Below, piece by piece: positions 25,201-32,640 of a stretch of 64,000 nt of DNA. Below the pieces are notes generated by a model. That model had not been told where the DNA came from, ran no database searches, and saw only the letters and a list, made by a program, of their open reading frames with translations. The DNA lies in NCBI GenBank assembly GCA_950097015.1, contig CATNEN010000030.1, positions 4,030,001 through 4,094,000 on the forward strand, in the 5' to 3' direction. Position 1 is the stretch's first letter, and each line of letters starts with the position of its first letter. The DNA is from Macrostomum hystrix (taxonomy: Eukaryota; Animalia; Platyhelminthes). The position numbers were made by a program, and so were the translations under genes.

Positions 25201-28200
25201 ATTGTTCTGTTCCTCATGTAGTGCTGAGGTCACATCAGCGCAGGCTCAGAACCGTGAAAATTGCACTTATTGTAATAAGGAACTGTCGCCGGCCGGCGTA
25301 TCCAAGTTTTATACCACCGACTTTAAATTGCAAATCAGACAGTTAATTGAACAGTGCCGGCTTCTACAGAGCGTAACTTTCCCTGTCGATTTGTCATCTG
25401 AAGATCGTAATTTTGTCTCAGTATCCAGTTGCGACGAGTATCGGCATTTCAAGCGTTCAATTCGGCTACACTTAAAGCAAGATCTGTCGTATACTGTGAA
25501 AATCGACGGCTTTCCAGTATTTGCAGACGCGCTGATAGAAATGTGCCCAGTGTACTAGAGTATCAACGAAGTACACGAAGCAATGAAATCGCGTTTCATC
25601 GTCGTATGTGGTTTCTGGGCTGCAAAGTCGAAGGTGAAGACATCCACCTTTCTTCCCGGCCTTGTTAGAGAGCTGAATGAGCTCCGGTCTATCGGGATCA
25701 CCTACAGCACAGGTGGTGGCCCTGAAGGCGACGCGCCTGGTCTTCTTCGACTGCACCCGTACCTTTTCGTCTTGGATGCCCCACAGAGAGCTGAGGTTGT
25801 CGGTCTAAAGCGTCACAATGCAGAGTTCGGCTGCGACAACTGCTATGTGAAGACGCAGAGATCATTGGGTGCCAATCGGTACCCAGTCAGTGGCAAATAA
25901 GAGGCGGTTGCGCTGGCAAACGCAGTCGGTTGCATTACACCGCACGCGCGTAGCTTGCGAGACACGCGCCTACTGGCGCACAACATCCCGGTCGGCAAGG
26001 ACAACTATCTGGGCGTTATGTGCGTGTGTTGGACCAGTTAAACGGCTTTGACTACATGCATGGGTGTCCACCGTGTCTGCTTCATCAGTGCTATCTTGGA
26101 CTCGTTCACTGGATTTTGAAACAGCTGTTTCATCCAAAGAAACCAGACATGTACCACGCGCATAACCCCAATCTAGTTTCGCGACGTGCAGATGTGGACC
26201 TTGCCTCTTCGCGAATTCACGTACCCTTGTCTCATCAACGTGCTCCCCGAAGTTTCCATGAACTCGGCATGTTTCGGGGCCATGAACTTGAGGCATGGTT
26301 AATCGTCTACGGCCCCATGTTGATGGAAGGCATCCTGCCCGACCGCTACTACTGGCACCTTCAGCTACTGTCCACGGCCATGTTCTGGCTTACATTGGAT
26401 GGAGCGCCTCTAATGGAAGTGATGAAAGCCAGCCGGCTTCTGCACTACTTTTACAGCCAGCTGCCTCAGATGTACTCCAACATGGCCCTTACGTACAATG
26501 CACACCAAGTTTGTGAGCACTTTGTATCGTACGTAACTTTATACGGGCCAATGTGGAGGATGTCTGCAGGCTTGTTTGAGTCGTCGCATGCGAATCTTCG
26601 CACCAAAATCCACGGCTCCAGGAATGTTGACACCGAAGTTGCCGGCCTCCTACAGCGCCAATTGGCGCGAAGGCAAATGATGGCCGAATTGCAACTCCCC
26701 AACATCTTCAGCGAGGGACCACCAAATGGTGAGGTTCAACTGCCGGATGGTGTGCGACTGCGCAATCCTATTCGTCGCCAATTGGCGGGCGGTGACACAC
26801 GGTATGGCAAAGCAGTACTGACCAGCGGGCTACGCATTGAAATATTCATGCCTCGCCTGATCCACCAGCGCGCCGCCTCGTGCTTTGTTGCTGTCCTCAT
26901 CCCTGACTGTCGTCAGCCGTTTGAATTCGCACGAATTGAGGAAATTTAACTCCGGGACAATTGCGCATGGGTTCGCCTACGCCGCCTTCTGACTGTGGAG
27001 CCGCACGAGGACAATCATCCGTTGTACCGCTTGACTGGCGAACCGGACCACTGCGGATGCTCAGTCGCACACGTTCGGCGCCTGCATACCAATCCATTTT
27101 GCGCAGTTGACAAATACTACTTCGAAATCCCTGCTAACGACGTACTCGCTACGTGTTGTGTGAACCACCGCTACGTAGCATTCCTTCCCCATATTCAGTT
27201 TTCTTACGCAGCGTGACAATTGTATGTACCAATTGTACGTAGGGTGTCCCAAAAAAGGAAAAATCGTTGCGCAGGCTTTCTGGTAAAACAATATAATTTC
27301 TAATATCTCACATCACTATAATAAGTAAACATTCGAAAGTTCTAAAGCTTTTTAAATTGAGTAGAAATGTCACATGTTCATTCAAAAGTTATGCCTACAG
27401 TTACAACAAGGGGTGAGGGTTAGAGGACACCCTCGCTCAAACGGGATGGAATATGCCATAATTTCTCTTTTCCAGCATGCCTTCTTCAACTGTGTTTTGC
27501 TTATACTGCTTATATATTGCTTATATTGCTTGTATTGCTATGTGGTATCATAGGAAATTATATTTATATTTAGTAACAAACGTCGGTCACATGACGTGTA
27601 TATCCATATGTTGCCTTCCTTTACGCCTTCATTTCTACCTGATAATATAGTAGCTTACAACCGGTACGCAGCTGTCCTTTGTTTCAATAATCGTGCACCT
27701 CCTTCGCATTAATTTCAGTCCACCCATCAGAATTACGAGATCAGAATGCCGGGCCAGCTACCATGCCCCACATGCAAGTCACGTGACTATTTCGTCTTCT
27801 CCGACTATTGTTTTTTTGTCGCTCCTCTCACTGCGATGACTGTGAGAATGCCATTCACGCAGCCCATGCCGAGCAGCAACGGCTAGTTAAATCGCGCGCA
27901 TCCAACAACTGGGACGACCAATGGAATGACTATTCCGCTCAGCAGGCCGAAGGCACCCTCGGCGCGACGGGTCATGTCGAGCCAACCGGCTCGGCAGACT
28001 GTCGCGCTACAGGGCCACGTCGGCGGCCGACGTCTACGGTGGCCGACGTCGATGACAGACGTTGGCCAGCGGAGCAATTGGCCAGCACAGTCTCCGTGGC
28101 GGCCTGTGCCGAGACGACCGGCTCTGGCATTTGCGATAAGTGCAAAGAACTATACGTACAAGGAAAAAACTGGCCATACTGCTGGCGTACAGATCTGCAG

Positions 28201-31200
28201 CCGTGGATGACTTCTGCTTCTGACAGACTACGGCAGTATGAGTCACAGCACGCCATACTATTTTCGGACAGCATGGGCAATGCCATCTTGACACTAGATT
28301 GCATCTTCATGTATCTGTGGTACCGGGATTGCGAAACAACGTGCTGGACTAATGCAGTCCGCACGTTGTACTCGCACCTCAGAGACAGCGGGATCGTAGA
28401 CGCGCCGGCTGGCGCGAAGACCGAGTTGTCGATTGACGTCCAAGCCATCTTCGACAGAGCAGTGAGCAACGTTAATGAGCACGCCGCATCCGCCGGTGTC
28501 ACGCCACCGGTGCAAAATCGGGTCAAGGTACTTAAAAAGTCCCGGCGACGTGGTCGAGCTGCCCATGAGTACCGTCTGGTGTACTTAGGGCATAAATCCA
28601 ATGTCCTATACACGACCCTGGCCGTCGCCATTGTAGGGACGTGGGCGGCCTATGCACGGTTTAAGTAGTCAATGTAGGCCACGTTAGTAATTCTGGAACG
28701 TGTAGTTAGCCGCAGCTTCAATCACTAGTAGTTTCTGCCGACTGCACCACAATTAAGAGTGTATGTCAGAATATAGTGTATATTGCATATGATTAGATTC
28801 CTCTTGAACCGTGCAAAGGCCGCCACGTTTTAGAAAGGGCAATTTCTCACGTTTCTGTACCATGCCAATGGGGACGTGATATGCAATAATTTCTCTTTTC
28901 CACCATGCCTTCTTCAACTGTGTTTTGCTTATATTGCTTATATTGCTTATGTATTGCTTATTGGTGCTTATATTGCTTATTTTGCTGATATTGCTTATAC
29001 TCCTTACATTGCTTATATTCCTTATATTGCTTATATTGCTTATATTGCTTATGTATTGCTTATTGGTGCTTATATTGCTTATTTTGCTGATATTGCTTAT
29101 ACTCCTTACATTGCTTATATTCCTTATATTGCTTATATTGCTTATATTCCTTATATTCCTTATATTGCTTATATTGCTTATTCGTGCTTGTATTGCTTAT
29201 ATTGTTTATATATTGCTTATACTGCTTAAATACATACATACATATATATATAGCACTTGTGCAGTATACAGGCCAATCAGGTCAATCCTTCATTCGCTAA
29301 TCAAGTTTGTCAAGCGTCTCTACTTACTAGTAACGTAATAGTAATATATATAAATTTATATAAATTGTTAACAATTTCCCAGTGCACAGCCCAGCAGCAT
29401 GGTATTCTCCAAGATCAGATGTATGTCCGACAAACTTGCATGTGGATAACAGACGACATCTACTTGCTTTTCAGACATGTCGAACGACCTAAGCCCTAGA
29501 GGAGTTAACTTCTCCGCCATCATGGATGACCTCCTTCGAGACGTGGCGCGAACTATGTCGCCGACTCTTGTCGACCTGGTCGGTTACCGGTTCTCAGCTG
29601 ATTGGGCAGAGTCACAGGATCCTATTTCTGACGCGAACGACGCCAATGACGATCAGCCCGCGGCCCGAGCCTGCCAGCTTCGCTATAACACCGAGACGCA
29701 GCTGGGTTCGCCGTCTCTGTTTGACGACATTGAGCCGGCTGGCTCGACTGCGAACGACGCCAATGACGATCAGCTTCGCTACAACGCCGAGACGCAGCTG
29801 GGTTCGCCGTCTCTGTTTGACGACATTGAGCCGGCTGGCTCGACTGCGAACGACGCCAATGACGATCAGCCCGCGGCGCGAGACTACGAGCCGGCTGAGA
29901 ACTTAAACAAACTGCGCGCGGAGTATAACCGCCTGCCTGACCCGCCGAATCAAAAGAATTACGCTTGCGTACGCGTTGTTCGAAAACGGGCGGATCGGCA
30001 GGAGCTGGACCCGCACTGCTGCCCCGAGTGTGAGGCATGGTTTTCGAATTTGTCGCCTCGTACAAAGCAGAGACGGCTGCAAGAGCACGGGCAGCACCGC
30101 AGTAACCAGCCTCACCAGACGCGCGACCCTAACTTTTTTAAAATTGAAATGCCTGACACTCAGCCAGAAGCGCCCTTTGAGGCCATGAGGTTTGGCAAGA
30201 GGCGAATGCGTCCACTGACGGGTGCTAGCGCCGGGCCGTCTAACACACGGGATAAGAAGCTGTAGGCAGCATAGGCTGTACCTCACTGTGAAATAATTGA
30301 CAATATTGTACTGTATATTTCTAGAAATACTTCTAGTCGAGCCAGCCGGCTCAATGTCATGAGTAGTGTAGCGAGTAGTACTATAGTAGCGTTTCTCTTT
30401 GAGTATGGGCAGCTCCCAGCAGTAGCTTGCCAGCTTCCATGCCATCTCCGTCTCATAGCTAAAATATATTTGCGTCGACTTGTCAGCGTCGATTGCACAT
30501 AGAAGGTACACAGGCGTTGCATTTTTCGTTATGGAATTCAATATCCTTCCTTACTTTCATTAGCATGACACTGACGCATGCTTGCGTCATATGACGCATG
30601 TCATATGAAACCGCATTTAGAAAGAAACCTTTCCCGCTCTCATTGCAGAATAATGGGAGACGGAAAGAAGACTGAAAGAATGAATAAGAAGAGGGACCAC
30701 GAGAAGCGGGCCGAAAAAGAGAAGCGGAAAGATAAAGATGCCGATACAACTGCAGCTGCTGACGTCCAGGAAAATCCTGCTGAGCTGAATGGCGACGACA
30801 GAGATGAGCCCACGACGCTCCCTAAAGGAAAGGCCACTTCAACGGCGCTAATCGGCTCCGATATGAGCACGGCCGTGTCCGCGGAGCCGACCGGCTCTAC
30901 TACGAAACGGAAAGCCGAAGCCAATGCCGAATCTCTATCTGACTCATCGAGCGAGCCAGATCTAGAGTCGAGAAAGGAGATGCGGCATCGCAATAGGGCA
31001 TTGACAAATGACACTGAGTCTACTGTATGAAGTGCATTTTATGTGCCTACTATGATTTGCTATTCGAGCCACCATGAAAAAATACTAGTATTCTATTTTA
31101 AGCTTAACATCTCTGTTTTTACCTGATCCAATGAAGTATATTCTAGGTTTTTATAAATAAACAAATCTTACGGCTCATCAGTCTGACTTGGAAATCTAAT

Positions 31201-32640
31201 GCTTATTTTGCTTCTTGATTCCATTTCTTTACTTATTTTATTTTGTTCGTTGAGCGGGCGAACCAGCGGGCCGGGTTAGAACGGGCCAATGAGCGGGCCA
31301 ACCAGCGGGCCAACCAACGGGCCGGTTTAGAACGGGCCAACCAGCGGGCCGGTTTAGAACGGGCCAACTAGTGGGCCGAGCAGCGGGCCGGTTTAGAACG
31401 GGCCAATGAGCGGGCCGATGAGCGGGCCAACCAACGGGTCAACCAGCGGGCCGGTTTAGAACGGGTCAATGAGCGGGCCGATGAGCGGGCCAACCAGCGG
31501 GCCAGCCGGCAGGCCGGTTTAGAACGGGCCAATGAGTGGGCCAGTGAGCGGGCCAACCAACGGGTCAGCCAGCGGGCCAGCGGGCCAGCCAGCGGGCCAA
31601 CCAACGGGTCAGCCAGCGGGCCGGTTTAGAACGGACCAGTGAGCGGGCCAACCAGCGGGCCCAGAAGCGGGCCGTAGAACAGGCCGATTTGAGAGACTCG
31701 TCGATTTGGAAAAATGAGCGGGCTTTTCTGACACGAAGTGGCCGATGAGCGGGCCAATTTCAATGGGCTAATCCAGTATTTTTTTCAACCGGGTAAACAC
31801 TAGACAAACAGTTGAAAACAATGCCAATGAGCTCGCATTCCTATCTCACCTGCGGCGGAGGTGGCAGATTCTCCAAGGTCAGCACCAGGCTAATCATGCC
31901 CTCCTTCTCGTCGCCCTGCCGGCCACTCAGTGGGTACCAGTCGTCCACAGTGAGGCCTTGGAATACGCGCGGCGGCAATTGAATTAGGCTCCAGGCGAAC
32001 CTATCATCCTCGGCGAAGGTCATCTCGTTGTAGATTTCAATGTTGATTGCGTCCACACCGTCAAGTAAATAGACGGAGAACGACTTGCTCCAGCGCGGAT
32101 TCTTTGAGCCGTTGACGGCTGTTGGCGTCTCGAAAATGTGATGGCCCACCGTGACGCGACAGTAGGGATCCATGCGGGTAATTCCGTAGTTCTTGGCCAG
32201 CTTTGCCTGTCACGCCAAGGAGGAGCGAAGGGTGTAGACAGAACCTACTTTGTGCAACTAAATAGATGACGAGGCATTCTAATACATGTAAAGTATTAGA
32301 GTTACTCCCGCCGTTTACCAGCTAAAATCTTATGAATCTCAAAACTTTTAAAGCTTTACGGAAACATCTTAAAAACTGCACTTCTCACCTGATTGACAGT
32401 GATCATTAGTCGGCCAATAGCGTTAGGCGGCACCTGGTAGAAAGCCTGCGGCGGGACAAATTGAGCCGCCTGCGGATAGACCACACGCTGCTGTCCAGCA
32501 GGAGGCGTGATTCTAAGAAAATCTGGCGACAGCTCGCCAAGAAACACCTGACGCCGGCGCGACTCACGAATTGAGTCAGCATCAGCACTGTTGGCAGGGG
32601 CAGCGGAGGCGGTGGAGGCTGACGATTGAACTTCCGTCAT
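22255..32640 (-). CDS. TOLLIP: Toll-interacting protein (TBD-C2-CUE), about 275 aa. Exons 32640-32389, 32206-31850, 22473-22255
   Basis: [47 protein letters not shown]...NPRW (C2 domain) and a C-terminal CUE domain [34 protein letters not shown]. All introns are phase 0 GT/AG. Confidence 0.96.
23003..23872 (+). repeat. Left subterminal repeat block of the transposon (ggcccgttctaaaccggcccgctg; GGCCCG core)
   Basis: Dozens of GGCCCG/GGCCCA motifs, mirrored in inverted orientation at the right end. Confidence 0.92.
24432..27216 (+). pseudogene. CMC/EnSpm DDE transposase, disrupted by 3 in-frame stops and 1 frameshift
   Basis: FCSSC..CTYC zinc finger, KIDGFPVF (D1), VLDAPQRA (D2), GCDNC (C2C), PPCLLHQCYLG, YNAHQVCEH and FESSHANL (E). 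Stops at 25556-58 (TAG), 25898-900 (TAA) and 26947-49 (TAA) are each followed by in-frame homologous sequence. There is a +2 TG slip at about 26024-26029. The start is uncertain. Confidence 0.88.
27241..27433. mobile_element. Possible degenerate Tc1/mariner-like MITE nested in the transposon
   Basis: 9-bp inverted ends AGGGTGTCC/GGACACCCT around an AT-rich core; no clear TSD. Confidence 0.35.
27746..28668 (+). pseudogene. Transposon cargo ORF2: Cys-rich putative zinc-binding protein, about 307 aa if a 1-nt T7 homopolymer frameshift (27811-27817) is corrected
   Basis: MPGQLPCPTCKS...YCFF joins CRSSHCDDC when one T is added; a further CDKC follows. The 286-codon downstream frame is open. The frameshift could be an assembly error. 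Confidence 0.6.
28925..29227. repeat. 9-bp microsatellite-like array (tattgctta) inside the transposon
   Basis: Tandem copies; a short version also occurs at about 27500-27540. Confidence 0.9.
29477..30265 (+). CDS. Transposon cargo ORF3, 262 aa, with a CtIP/Sae2 (RBBP8-type) C-terminal domain at aa 161-229
   Basis: NYACVRVVRKRADRQELDPHCCPECEAWF...LQEHGQHRSNQPHQTRDPNFFKIEMPDTQ matches the VVRK..R..L..H.C..C...(R)HR...NFW...P.TQ pattern of CtIP. The ATG-to-stop frame is intact and a splice acceptor lies 2 nt upstream. Confidence 0.85.
   Translation: MSNDLSPRGVNFSAIMDDLLRDVARTMSPTLVDLVGYRFSADWAESQDPISDANDANDDQPAARACQLRYNTETQLGSPSLFDDIEPAGSTANDANDDQLRYNAETQLGSPSLFDDIEPAGSTANDANDDQPAARDYEPAENLNKLRAEYNRLPDPPNQKNYACVRVVRKRADRQELDPHCCPECEAWFSNLSPRTKQRRLQEHGQHRSNQPHQTRDPNFFKIEMPDTQPEAPFEAMRFGKRRMRPLTGASAGPSNTRDKKL
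30653..31030 (+). CDS. Transposon cargo ORF4, 125 aa, Lys/Arg/Glu/Asp-rich, probably disordered and nuclear
   Basis: Open GC-rich frame after a cattgcag acceptor (30648), with basic clusters KKRDHEKRAEKEKRK and TKRK. No recognisable domain. Confidence 0.5.
   Translation: MGDGKKTERMNKKRDHEKRAEKEKRKDKDADTTAAADVQENPAELNGDDRDEPTTLPKGKATSTALIGSDMSTAVSAEPTGSTTKRKAEANAESLSDSSSEPDLESRKEMRHRNRALTNDTESTV
31253..31760 (-). repeat. Right subterminal repeat block of the transposon (agcgggccggtttagaacgggcc)
   Basis: Reverse complement of the left block unit. Confidence 0.92.

Larger units (their letters stand above)
22980..31793 (+). mobile_element. 8,814-bp CMC/EnSpm (CACTA-like) DNA transposon inserted in TOLLIP intron 2, antisense to the host gene
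   Basis: 13-bp perfect TIRs CCCGGTTGAAAAA (22980-22992) and TTTTTCAACCGGG (31781-31793); TAA on both flanks (22977-22979, 31794-31796); inverted subterminal repeat blocks; CMC-type transposase motifs. Confidence 0.92.

Noticed and set aside
25556-26949. Programmed stop readthrough or an alternative genetic code in the transposase
   Set aside because: Neighbouring genes end at ordinary TAA/TAG/TGA codons, and a frameshift also occurs, so simple decay explains it better.
29477-30265. Calling ORF3 the host RBBP8/CtIP gene
   Set aside because: It lacks the N-terminal coiled coil and lies wholly inside TIRs within another gene's intron, so the gene symbol is withheld.
22980-31793. PIF/Harbinger classification because of the TAA TSD
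   Set aside because: The termini are CCC rather than GGG, there is no Myb/SANT ORF, and the transposase motifs and subterminal repeats are CMC-type.
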